Positions 51,603 through 61,135 of a DNA stretch of 64,000 bases are shown one piece after another (positions within the stretch are counted from its first letter, which is position 1; each line of letters opens with the position of its first letter). The notes under the pieces are model-generated. The model searched no databases and was not told the origin of the DNA. It was given only the letters and a program-made list of their open reading frames with translations. The DNA comes from Microcoleus sp. (GTDB lineage: Bacteria; Cyanobacteriota; Cyanobacteriia; Cyanobacteriales; Microcoleaceae). Where the stretch lies: positions 28,248-92,247 of the forward strand of contig JAYFMW010000012.1 of the NCBI GenBank assembly GCA_042408215.1, given 5' to 3'. The translations under genes were made by a program, and so were the position numbers.

Positions 51603-52562
51603 TCATTTCTTCTTACCGCCGCTAAACAAACTTGCAAAAAAGCCACCTGGTTTGTCGTCACCCTTTTTGCCTTTTGCCCCGGAAGCCGGCTGTTCCAGCT
51701 TTTTCTTAACATCCAAAGCCATCGGTTCTTCAGGATTTGATGCCAAAGCTTTTTGCATTTCAAGCTTTGCCATTGTTGCTTTACCTTGTTGAAAATAACA
51801 CATGGCCAACATAGCATGACACTTGCTATTTTTCGGCTCGCGCTTTTGGGCTTCCCTCAACTCTAAAGTTGCTTTGGCATAATTTTTGCTGTCCATGAAT
51901 CCTTGAGCACGGCGGCAAGATTGTTCCACCAGCGAGTCTTGGGATTTGGGTGGCGACGGAGGAGGAGCAGAAGTGGCTGCGGCTGGTTGGGCTGCTGCTG
52001 TTGTCGCTTTTGTGGCTGGGGTTGCGGGTTTTTCCGGCGGCTGGGTTGGCTGCACACCACTGGTCATCCGCTCTTTTCGCAGCAGGTAAATCATGTTAAG
52101 TTCGCTAATTTGATTGATTACGTCTGGGGCTTGGTCAACTGATTCGTACTGCTTGTCGGCGAGTTGGTTAACTGCTGTTTTGTAAGCTTCTTGCAAATCT
52201 TTGGCGCTAGCTAATTGTTTGGCTGCTTCGCTGTCCGGCATTTTCGGCTGTTCTTTAGCGACGCGCTTGCTGATGGCTGCTATTAGCAGGTTATATTCTT
52301 TGCGATCGCTTTCTTTCGAGAATTTGTTGTAGGCTGGATTAACCACTTTCGACAAAAATTGGTTAGCCCACTCTTTATCGGCTGGGTTTTCAAAGGGGCA
52401 AGTATCCGAGTGCAAGCGACGGGCTATTTTCATGTACCGCTTGCGGATGTCGCTAAACTCGGCATCCAAGGGAACCCCCAAAATTGCGTGCTGATCTATA
52501 AAATCAAACTTAAACAGCCCTTTGGTCATTTCAAAAGACATAACATTGACTCTCCCTTGCAT
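51603..52562 (-). CDS. J-domain protein with C-terminal TPR
   Basis: HAILGV..IRKRYMKIARRLHSD (HPD is HSD), NPAY, TPR helices. Confidence 0.85.
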   Translation of the reverse strand: MQGRVNVMSFEMTKGLFKFDFIDQHAILGVPLDAEFSDIRKRYMKIARRLHSDTCPFENPADKEWANQFLSKVVNPAYNKFSKESDRKEYNLLIAAISKRVAKEQPKMPDSEAAKQLASAKDLQEAYKTAVNQLADKQYESVDQAPDVINQISELNMIYLLRKERMTSGVQPTQPPEKPATPATKATTAAAQPAAATSAPPPSPPKSQDSLVEQSCRRAQGFMDSKNYAKATLELREAQKREPKNSKCHAMLAMCYFQQGKATMAKLEMQKALASNPEEPMALDVKKKLEQPASGAKGKKGDDKPGGFFASLFSGGKKK

Positions 52563-52616
52563 GGCATTTCACTATTCATTAATGTAGCGTCCTAAAGCGG
52601 GGTTGCACCCCCCGTA

Positions 52617-53459
52617 CTACCCCCCATCCGACTCGCGGGTGATGCTCCCCCAAGAGGATAAGGGGGGAACATTTAGCAAAGCGTCGCTGAGGGGGGCGTG
52701 AATGCGGCCGTTTGTCGCCAAAACTCGACCGGAGTTAATCTCAAAGGCACTTTTGTCATAAGCTGTCACTTGACCTCCGGCTTCGGAGACGATGAGTACA
52801 CCGGCTGCTACATCCCAAGGGGCGAGTCCCCGTTCCCAGTATCCGTCTACGCGGCCGCAGGCGACCTGTGCGAGGTCGAGGGATGCCGAACCGCTGCGGC
52901 GCACGCCTTGGGTGAGGTGGGTGAGGTGGCAGAATTCCGCATAGTTATTGTCGGTTGTTTCGCGCCGATCGTATGCAAAGCCGGTGACTAACAAGCTTTT
53001 GCTCAATTCTGAGATTTGGGAAACTGCGATCGGCTGTCGGTTGCGAGTAGCCCCCAATCCTTTAGCTGCGCGAAACAATTCGTTATGAAATGGATCGAAA
53101 ATTACGCCAATTTGTGGTATACCTTCGATTAAAAGTCCGATCGACACGGCGGCCCAGGGATATTGATGAGCATAATTGGTGGTGCCATCTAAAGGATCGA
53201 TCGCCCACAGGTATTTGCTGCTGGCATTCCCTAATTTACCAGATTCTTCGGCAAGGATGCCGTGGTCGGGTACATGGCGACCCAGAATTTCTAAAATGAC
53301 GGCTTCTGAGGCTTTGTCGGCTTCTGTAACTAAATCGCCCGATCGGCCTTTTTCTTGAATTTCTTCTAATTTTCCGCAGAAAGATTGCAGGACGGAACCG
53401 GCGGCTAGGGCGGCTTCGGTGGCTATTTCTAAGAAGTTTTGGAGTTGGTTATTGGTCAT
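52617..53459 (-). CDS. Inositol monophosphatase family protein (SuhB-like)
   Basis: LVTEAD, AEES, WAIDPLDGTTNY, PWDVAAG. Confidence 0.93.
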   Translation of the reverse strand: MTNNQLQNFLEIATEAALAAGSVLQSFCGKLEEIQEKGRSGDLVTEADKASEAVILEILGRHVPDHGILAEESGKLGNASSKYLWAIDPLDGTTNYAHQYPWAAVSIGLLIEGIPQIGVIFDPFHNELFRAAKGLGATRNRQPIAVSQISELSKSLLVTGFAYDRRETTDNNYAEFCHLTHLTQGVRRSGSASLDLAQVACGRVDGYWERGLAPWDVAAGVLIVSEAGGQVTAYDKSAFEINSGRVLATNGRIHAPLSDALLNVPPLSSWGSITRESDGG

Positions 53460-53787
53460 TGGTTATTAGTCATTAGTTATTAGTTATTAGTCATTAGTCA
53501 TTAGTTGTTAGTCATTATATCATCTCAGGTGAATTACCATAAGAAAATTGGTTTGTAGTAAGTACAGTGGGAGCTTGTAGCTCGCAATCCGAGCAGCTCG
53601 CCGGTGAATTACCTTAAACAGTTGACAGTTGACAGTTGACCCTTCGACTACGCTCAGGGCAGGCAGTTGACAGATGAAGCGCGAGGTTTTTAGGATGGGG
53701 ATTTATACTCCACCCTAAAAACATTCCGCCTAAAGGCCGGGGTTTTAAACCCCTAAATAACGAATAACCAATAAGGAATGACTCCCG

Positions 53788-54382
53788 CTAATGACTAATG
53801 ACCAATGACTAATGACTAATGACCAATGACTAATGACCAATGACTAATAACTAATGACCAATGACTAATAACTAATGACCAATGACCAATGACTAATAAC
53901 TAATGACCAATGACTAATAACTAATGACCAATGACTAATGACTAATGACTAATGACCAATGACTAATGACTAATGACCAATGACTAATGACTAATGACTA
54001 ATGACTAATGACCAATGACTAATGACCAATGACTAATAACTAATGACCAATGACTAATGACCAATGACTAATGACCAATGACCAATGACCAATGACTAAT
54101 GACCAATGACTAATGACCAATGACCAATGACTAATGACTAATGACTAATGACTAATGACTAATGACTAATGACCAATGACTAATGACTAATGACCAATGA
54201 CTAATGACTAATGACCAATGACTAATGACCAATGACTAATGACCAATGACTAATAACTAATGACCAATGACTAATGACTAATGACCAATGACTAATGACC
54301 AATGACTAATGACTAATGACTAATGACTAATGACTAATGACTAATGACTAATGACCAATGACTAATGACCAATGACTAATAA
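53788..54382. repeat. Very long STRR tract (ATGACTA/ATGACCA)n, about 85 heptamers
   Basis: About 590 bp of 7-bp units; complementary short tract at 53450-53517. Confidence 0.97.
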
Positions 54383-54982
54383 CTATTTCCGATTTTGCTG
54401 GCGAAATTCTGCCGGAGTTTGGCGCAGGGGCTGTTTGGGATTCCAAATGCCTTTACCCATTAGTCTCGCCCATTCTTGAGCATTGACAAGTCGCTGCTGG
54501 TATTTGGTATTGGGCGATCGCACTGCTGCTAAAGCATAACCTTCTTTGACTAGCAGTTCGTTGAGCAGGATGTTATCTTGCCACAAATAAGCTAATTTGC
54601 GATCGAACCTATCTTTCTTTTCAACATCTGATTCTAACAATACCTGTTTCCCCCCAATTAGCTGTTCTAGTTTTTGTTTAGCCAGTTCTCCCCAAGGCTG
54701 CTGTTTTAAATCCGGCACTTCAATCCCAATCAACCTGATTTGTTCTAATAGTGCAATATTGTCGGATATGCTGGTTATTTCGACTGTTTGCCCGCTGACA
54801 GTCCGGCCTACTTTGACGAGAGTGCCTTGGGGAAGTTCGGGTTTTTGGCAGCTAATTAAAAGTAGGGTAAGGGCGATCGCTAATAATCTATAAAGTAACA
54901 TTGGGAATGGGGCACTGGGCATTGGGTATGAAGAATGAAAGTTTTCGATTTTCCATTCTCCCTTGTCGATTTTCCCGATCAA
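54383..54982 (-). CDS. Thermonuclease (SNase-like) lipoprotein
   Basis: IRLIGIEVP, DRFDRKLAYLW, NELLVKEGYA, GKGIW; lipobox LISC; start may be 54901. Confidence 0.88.
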   Translation of the reverse strand: MIGKIDKGEWKIENFHSSYPMPSAPFPMLLYRLLAIALTLLLISCQKPELPQGTLVKVGRTVSGQTVEITSISDNIALLEQIRLIGIEVPDLKQQPWGELAKQKLEQLIGGKQVLLESDVEKKDRFDRKLAYLWQDNILLNELLVKEGYALAAVRSPNTKYQQRLVNAQEWARLMGKGIWNPKQPLRQTPAEFRQQNRK

Positions 54983-55347
54983 TCTTCCTCTATGGGTAAA
55001 CCGGCGCGCACTTTACCTTTGCCGAAGTAGCGGCCAAATTGGAGTTCGTACACTTCGTCTTCGTCTTGCGTCTCTACTTCGACGTTAGAACGGGGGTAAC
55101 TGACACACAGCAACGCATAACCCTGTTTTTGCAGTTCGAGAGAGAGTCCCATTGCTTCTGGTTGGTGCAGTTCGCCTGATATCACGCGCACCGCACAGGC
55201 GGTACAGGCACCGTTGCGACAGGAGAAGGGCAACACTACTCCTTGGTTTTCGGCGTTTTGGAGGATGTAGCGGTTTTCGGGGACTCGCACTGTGTGGCGA
55301 TCGCCCGTTTGTCTGTTGTGAATTGTAATTGTGTAAGAGCGAGTCAT
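54979..55347 (-). CDS. 2Fe-2S ferredoxin with C-terminal extension (Fed2/FdC2-like)
   Basis: SCRNGACTAC...LLCVSYP; DEVYELQFGRYF tail. Confidence 0.92.
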   Translation of the reverse strand: MTRSYTITIHNRQTGDRHTVRVPENRYILQNAENQGVVLPFSCRNGACTACAVRVISGELHQPEAMGLSLELQKQGYALLCVSYPRSNVEVETQDEDEVYELQFGRYFGKGKVRAGLPIEED

Positions 55348-55466
55348 GGGATTTTAGATTTTAGATTTGAGATTTGAGATGAGTTTGGGGGGTGAAATCC
55401 TTGTTGGGAATGGGTTTGAGCCTAGTCTTCGCCCTGCGCTCGCTCGATTTTTCCAGCCCGTTTGAC

Positions 55467-55649
55467 CAAAAAACTGGGATACAAGCCCCGTCCTTCTAGG
55501 ACGGCTTTTTGCTAGAATACAGATAGTCGCCACAGGGCATTGGGAGACTCTAAACGGACGTGGAGCGACGGTAAGACTACCGCTTGCGGAGCGCGTTGCT
55601 ATGAAGCGTCAAGGAATCCTCGGACTTGATAGACGGGGAGGTATGTCAA
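55467..55649 (+). mobile_element. Non-autonomous IS200/IS605 MITE (copy of 47108-47291)
   Basis: Near-identical sequence, same TTGAC flank and TCAA end. Confidence 0.85.
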
Positions 55650-55754
55650 ACCCTACTCATATTAAACAGTAAATTTATGCCGTTAGGCCTTCCCAAATCA
55701 GAATTGTTCTGCTAAGATAGTTGAGATGTGGCTAAAAAGACCAAATTCAAATTT

Positions 55755-55839
55755 GGAGAGGTGGCCGAGCGGTTGAAGGCGCACGCCTGGAAAGTGTGTT
55801 TAGGGCAACTTAACGAGGGTTCGAATCCCTCCCTCTCCG
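55755..55839 (+). tRNA. trnS: tRNA-Ser (GGA)
   Basis: GGAGAGG/CCTCTCC acceptor stem, anticodon loop CTGGAAA, long variable arm, GGTTCGAATCC. Confidence 0.97.
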
Positions 55840-55867
55840 TTGAATCTTGTTCTACAAGCTTTGCTAC

Positions 55868-55908
55868 AAAACGACTTAGTTAAATATTTAACTAAGTCGT
55901 TTGTTTTT
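55868..55908 (+). terminator. Terminator hairpin after trnS
   Basis: AAACGACTTAGTTAAATATTTAACTAAGTCGTTT palindrome followed by GTTTTT. Confidence 0.75.
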
Positions 55909-55923
55909 GGTATAGACGCTGGG

Positions 55924-56221
55924 TTGACACTCCCCGGTCTAAAGACACGGGGATTCTTAAGGACAAACTTTGGGGGATGAATCCACCCAAATCTTGATGC
56001 TTAAAGGGTTTGTCAATAACCCACTACCCACTCGCCCATTGCTGAGTCTATGGCTACTTGTGGTAGGCATTTGCTTCCCAGACCTGCGTCTGTGTATCCA
56101 TCCCACATTTTTCTGGTAACAGAATGTGGTTTGTGTCTTGCATAAAGAGGGCTGGCTGGATAAATCCTGCAACGCCCTTTCATCCCTGGACTAAAGTCAC
56201 AGGGTTTTCAGGGTATTCTTT
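55924..56221 (-). mobile_element. Internally deleted derivative of the 20153-21700 tnpB element
   Basis: Both ends match; retains about 135 nt of tnpB 3' end/omega-RNA; same ATAAATC flank. Confidence 0.9.
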
Positions 56222-56439
56222 ATAAATCCGGGTTTTTCTAGGGGAAGCGCCCCAACTCATTGGTGACAACTTAACGTTAAACCCGCATTCCGGCCGGGGT
56301 TTCAACCCCAGCCTCAAATCTCAAGTCGTCTCAAGACAACTAATACTAAATCTAGCTTAAATACTCCTTTTATCTGTTAGTCTGGCGTTGCGTGGAATAA
56401 AGTTTTTGTAATTGCGGTTTCCACCGCCGAAATTGAGCT

Positions 56440-59178
56440 CTAAAGTTGATTGACTATGAGCATTTTTTCAAATACCGAACCCAAAGCAGCCGAGTAAGCG
56501 CGACTATCCAGAAACCTCGGTTGCTGCTGCATCTTTAGCTCGATTTCATCGCGCTTTTCCTTTCGCAATTCCCCATTAATTCCGAGTGCGACACTCAACT
56601 TAATATAAGACTCTTCGCTGTCAGTAATTAAATCAAACAACTGGATGTCTCTCAGGATTGCAGCCCCTTGTCGGGAACGCAAATTATTGCCCTCCCTCAC
56701 CACAGTCGGTAATCCAACTTCTAACGGATCTACCGTCGAGTTTGCACCGGCGTAGGGATAGGAATCTAGATAGATATCAGCCAGTTGTAACACTGCTTTT
56801 ACATCCTCGCGGTTCGCCAAGGTATTTAATAAAATTAAACGGTTGCGAGCGATACCGTACTTATTAAATATAGCATACATTTTATTGATGAAGGGCTGTT
56901 TGACGTAATCACCAGACCAGGTATTGCCGAAGGGATATAAAACTAGGACGGAATTGGGCACGGCTGCGATAATCTTGGTCCAAGTTTCCCTGAGTTCGGG
57001 AATAATCTTGAATGTATTAGCGCCGGATATAAATACAACTGCTGTTTCGGAAATCCCTAATCTTTTTCGATCAAACTTAATACTTGCTTCTGCTTTTTGG
57101 ATGCTATAATTGAAGCAGAATCCTGTTCCGTCAAGCATGACTAACTGTTCGCGATATTGTGATTGCGCTGCTTGTAAAGGTTCTGTCAAATTGCCGGAAA
57201 TGTAATAATCTATGTTGCGGATGCCTGTAGTTACAGGAGATGCAAAATACGTGGTCTGTAATCGCGCTAGGCGGTGCAAAGCTAGTAAAATGATGTTTTG
57301 AGCGGCATTGGTGACGATCGACCCTACGAACAAAATATCCAGGTCATCGGCGCGAATTGTCTCGACTTGACTGCTAAGTTCCTGTGGCAACTTCACCAGT
57401 TTGTCTGCCCGACTTTGACAGTATACATCCAAAGGGCGATCGCTCGCATTGAGGACATATAAAATAATCTCAAATTTCTCTCTGTCTAAATGCTCAAAAG
57501 CCGGGATAGTCGTAAAAGTTTCTGAAATGGGCGCGAAATTTGATTTGAGAATGCCGAGGCGAATTTTGCCTCTGTTAGCGGGGCGTTTTTCAAAGCTGAA
57601 ATCAATCTGATGTCCCCTGGCTTTTAGGATAAATTCGAGAATATCCGATCGCTTGGTATAGACATCTTTCAAGTTAGTTGTGCTAAAATAGAGAGGGACA
57701 AAGTTAACGGTGTCTGCAAAAATTAGCGCCAGATTTTGCCAAATCTCGGAGTCGGGATTGCTGAAAACCCGACTGTGAACTAAGTCAACTAATTGCTGCA
57801 TATAGCTGCAATAGTTCTCGACTTCTCCAACTTCTTGAAAATAACTGGGGAAGTAGAGCATAAACTCCAGCAAATCATTAAAAAACCACTGGGGAACAGC
57901 AGTTCTACCATACTGCAACGGCAACTGATCTGCCCGCTGATACAGCATCGCTGCTAGCAAATATTGGATAGCTTCTGGGGCTTCAAATCCTTTAGCAATG
58001 TATTGAGATAACTCCTCGACTTCCCGCTGTTCGACATCAGTCATAGGCTCGTCTCTCATGCCGCTTGCTAATAGCATTTTCTGGGCTTTTCCCGCATAGC
58101 CCGAATAGCTACTTTGCAGTTTATCTGGTGGTGCTGACAGCCAAAATGCTGCTATTTTATGGCGGGCTTGACGCAAATCTGTTAAGGCAGATTCATGGGA
58201 TGTGCTATGATATTGATGAATACAACCGGACAGCCAAGTCAGAAATTGAGGTGATTCTAAATTGAGCTGAACTTTGATAGTTTCCTGATGCAGTCGGAGG
58301 GATAAACGCTCTAGGGTTCCGCCATTTCGTGGCAAGGATAAGCTCGACAATGGACTAGGCAAGTCGGCGGCTAAATCTAGCTGATTTAGCATTTCAAAAC
58401 ATCCGCCAGATGTGAGATTGAGCACTTGAATTAGGGGATGGTTGAGGTGCAAGTTGCTCAGCAGTTGAGGGTTGTAAACTGACATCAAAGTGTTTTTGAT
58501 ATCTTGTTCTTCTTTGTCTGAGGATTTCAGAGGGAGATTGAGCTTGGTTTTTAATAATTCTAACACTTTGCCGGGAGATGTTAGCAAAGTATTCAAATTC
58601 ACGAGCAGACATTGATTGTTATGGCTTTTATAAAATTCTAAGATGTGGCGATTATAAAATTTCCATATCTTTAAACAAGATTCTGGATTTTGTGAGAAAA
58701 ATGGGATGTTCAACCGCAGGATTGAATCGGTGACATCCCAAGGATAGCGATAGACAAATAGATAGCAAGCATTGGGGATGATTTCATTCCAGAAATCTAA
58801 CATTAAACTGGTGCGCGGATCTTTCCAACCCCAAAGTTCTGAGTGGTTGGAGCGAGATTTGACTAATTGTTTCCCAGGCTCTTTGTAGTTGTTAAGTTTT
58901 TGCGAGTCTAGCTTTTCGCTTTCTGTCCAACCCCAATCGGGAAAACCTGTTTCGTCTGACTGAGAGCAAGTTTGCAAAACTGTTCGTTGAAATTCTACAA
59001 AATCAATGTCTTCAAAGTAACCTTTGGGATTCCAATAGTTGCCTTTCAGGAGATTGTCTCCTAAGTCAAGACCTATTTTCTGTAGGAAGGCCGCAGTGAG
59101 AGAAGTTCCAGATCTGTGCATTCCAGTAATAATTAGCACGGGAGAATTTGTGCCGCTGTTTAGCATTTGTTGGCTCAT
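56440..59178 (-). CDS. Sulfotransferase fused to GT41 (O-GlcNAc transferase/HMW1C-like) glycosyltransferase
   Basis: ITGMHRSGTS PAPS motif, WGWKDPRT; C-terminal PVTTG..IDYYIS, DIYLDSYPYAGANS..GLP. Confidence 0.85.
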   Translation of the reverse strand: MSQQMLNSGTNSPVLIITGMHRSGTSLTAAFLQKIGLDLGDNLLKGNYWNPKGYFEDIDFVEFQRTVLQTCSQSDETGFPDWGWTESEKLDSQKLNNYKEPGKQLVKSRSNHSELWGWKDPRTSLMLDFWNEIIPNACYLFVYRYPWDVTDSILRLNIPFFSQNPESCLKIWKFYNRHILEFYKSHNNQCLLVNLNTLLTSPGKVLELLKTKLNLPLKSSDKEEQDIKNTLMSVYNPQLLSNLHLNHPLIQVLNLTSGGCFEMLNQLDLAADLPSPLSSLSLPRNGGTLERLSLRLHQETIKVQLNLESPQFLTWLSGCIHQYHSTSHESALTDLRQARHKIAAFWLSAPPDKLQSSYSGYAGKAQKMLLASGMRDEPMTDVEQREVEELSQYIAKGFEAPEAIQYLLAAMLYQRADQLPLQYGRTAVPQWFFNDLLEFMLYFPSYFQEVGEVENYCSYMQQLVDLVHSRVFSNPDSEIWQNLALIFADTVNFVPLYFSTTNLKDVYTKRSDILEFILKARGHQIDFSFEKRPANRGKIRLGILKSNFAPISETFTTIPAFEHLDREKFEIILYVLNASDRPLDVYCQSRADKLVKLPQELSSQVETIRADDLDILFVGSIVTNAAQNIILLALHRLARLQTTYFASPVTTGIRNIDYYISGNLTEPLQAAQSQYREQLVMLDGTGFCFNYSIQKAEASIKFDRKRLGISETAVVFISGANTFKIIPELRETWTKIIAAVPNSVLVLYPFGNTWSGDYVKQPFINKMYAIFNKYGIARNRLILLNTLANREDVKAVLQLADIYLDSYPYAGANSTVDPLEVGLPTVVREGNNLRSRQGAAILRDIQLFDLITDSEESYIKLSVALGINGELRKEKRDEIELKMQQQPRFLDSRAYSAALGSVFEKMLIVNQL

Positions 59179-59191
59179 TATTTAGGATTAA

Positions 59192-60940
59192 ATAGGACTT
59201 ACGCATGGGAACCCAGAAACCGGGTTTTTTGCATCATATAGCAATCCTAAATCATTCAGATAAATTTTTCGGGGTAGTGCCCATAGTGCCCATAGGTGTC
59301 AACTTAAGCCTGGAACCCTTGATAAATATCGTTTTTACCTGAGTCTAGATCCCCCTAAATCCCCCTTAAGAAGGGGGACTTTGATCGGAATCTTGTCCCA
59401 CCCCCTACTCCCCTACTCCCCTTAAGAAGGGGGGACTTTGATCGGAATCTTGTCCCCCCCTTCTTAAGGGGGGCGCCGGGGGGATCTGGGCCTAATCGTC
59501 AAACAACAGTCTCTGTCAGGGTTTGACGTTAGAAGGTTTTGGGTAGTCAGGGTTTCGACTTCGCTCAACCACCGGGGTTTTTTTCGAGATACTTCGCTAC
59601 AGCCCGCAAAAACTGGCAAAAAACCCGGTTTCTTGGGGTTTCGACTTAGCTCAACCACCGGGGGGTTTTTTCGCATCATATAGCAATCCTAAATCATTCA
59701 GATAAATTTGTAGGGGTAGTGCCCATAGTGCCCATAGGTGTCAACTTAAGACTGGAACCCTTGATAAATATCGTTTTTACCTGAGTCTAGATCCCCCTAA
59801 ATCCCCCTTAAGAAGGGGGACTTTGATCGGAATCTTGTCCCACCCCCTACTCCCCTACTCCCCTTAAGAAGGGGGGACTTTGATCGGAATCTTGTCCCCC
59901 CCTTCTTAAGGGGGGCTAGGGGGGATCTGGGCCTAATCGTCAAACAACAGTCTCTGTCAGGGTTTGACGTTAGAAGGTTTCGACTTCGCTCAACCACCGG
60001 GGGTTTTTTTCGAGATACTGCGTTACAGCCCACAGAAACGGGCAAAAAACCCGGTTTCTTGGATTTTGGGTAGTTAGGGTTTCGACTTAGCTCAACCACC
60101 GGGGGGTTTTTTTGCATCATATAGCAATCCTAAATCATTCAGATAAATTTTTCGGGGTAGTGCCCATAGTGCCCATAGGTGTCAACTTAAGCCTGAAAGC
60201 CCTGAGAAATCTGGTTTTTACCCTGAGTCTAGATCCCCCTAAATCCCCCTTAAGAAGGGGGACTTTGAGAAGACTCTTGTCCCACACCCCCTACTCCCCT
60301 ACTCCCCTTAAGAAGGGGGGACTTTGATCGGAATCTTGTCCCCCCCTTCTTAAGGGGGGTTAGGGGGGATCTAGACTGTGAAACCGCGAGATTTGGTGAA
60401 AAACCCGGTTTCTTTGGTCAGTAGGGAAACGGCACAGCCCAAGGAGTGTCAACTTAAGCCTGGAACCCCTGAGAAATATCGTTTTTACCCTGAGTCTAGA
60501 TCCCCCTAAATCCCCCTTAAGAAGGGGGACTTTGAGAAGACTCTTGTCCCACACCCCCTACTCCCCTACTCCCCTTAAGAAGGGTTGACTTTGATCGGAA
60601 TCTTGTCCCCCCCTTCTTAAGGGGGGTTAGGGGGGATCTGGGCCTAATCGTCAAACAACAGTCTCTGTCAGGGTTTGACGTTAGAAGGTTTTGGGTAATC
60701 AGAAACCGGGTTTTTTTCGAGATACTGCGCTACAGCCCACAGAAACTGGCAAAAAACCCGGTTTCTTGGTGGGTAGTTAGAAACCGGGTTTTTTCGAGAT
60801 ACTGCGTTACAGCCCACAGAAACTGGCAAAAAACCCGGTTTCTTGGTGGGTAGTCAGAAACCGGGTTTTTTTCGAGATACTGCGTTACAGCCCACAGAAA
60901 CGGGCAAAAAACCCGGTTTCTTGGATTTTGATGCGTAGTA
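59192..60940. repeat. Composite MITE cluster: three ~441-bp units plus three ~73-bp AGAAACCGGG...CCCGGTTTCT units
   Basis: GCATCATATAGCAATCC at 59231, 59673 and 60114; bounded by AGGACTTACGCA and a degenerate inverse TGCGTAGTAC. Confidence 0.9.
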
Positions 60941-61135
60941 CGATCGGTTTCAAATACGCAATATTTTGAGCTAGTAATTATAGCATCTTTAGTTGAAAAT
61001 AAAAAAAAAGTTTTTTTATAAAAGTTTTTTGGAAAATTTGCATAATTTTTGCGACAAATACCTGAGAGATAAGTAGGGGGGAATCGGCTAAGTAAAATTA
61101 GCCCCCGCCTGTTTACACTCATCAGGAAAAAAACA

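Noticed and set aside
55755..59178. Integrative island at tRNA-Ser
   Set aside because: No integrase and no duplicated tRNA 3' end seen downstream
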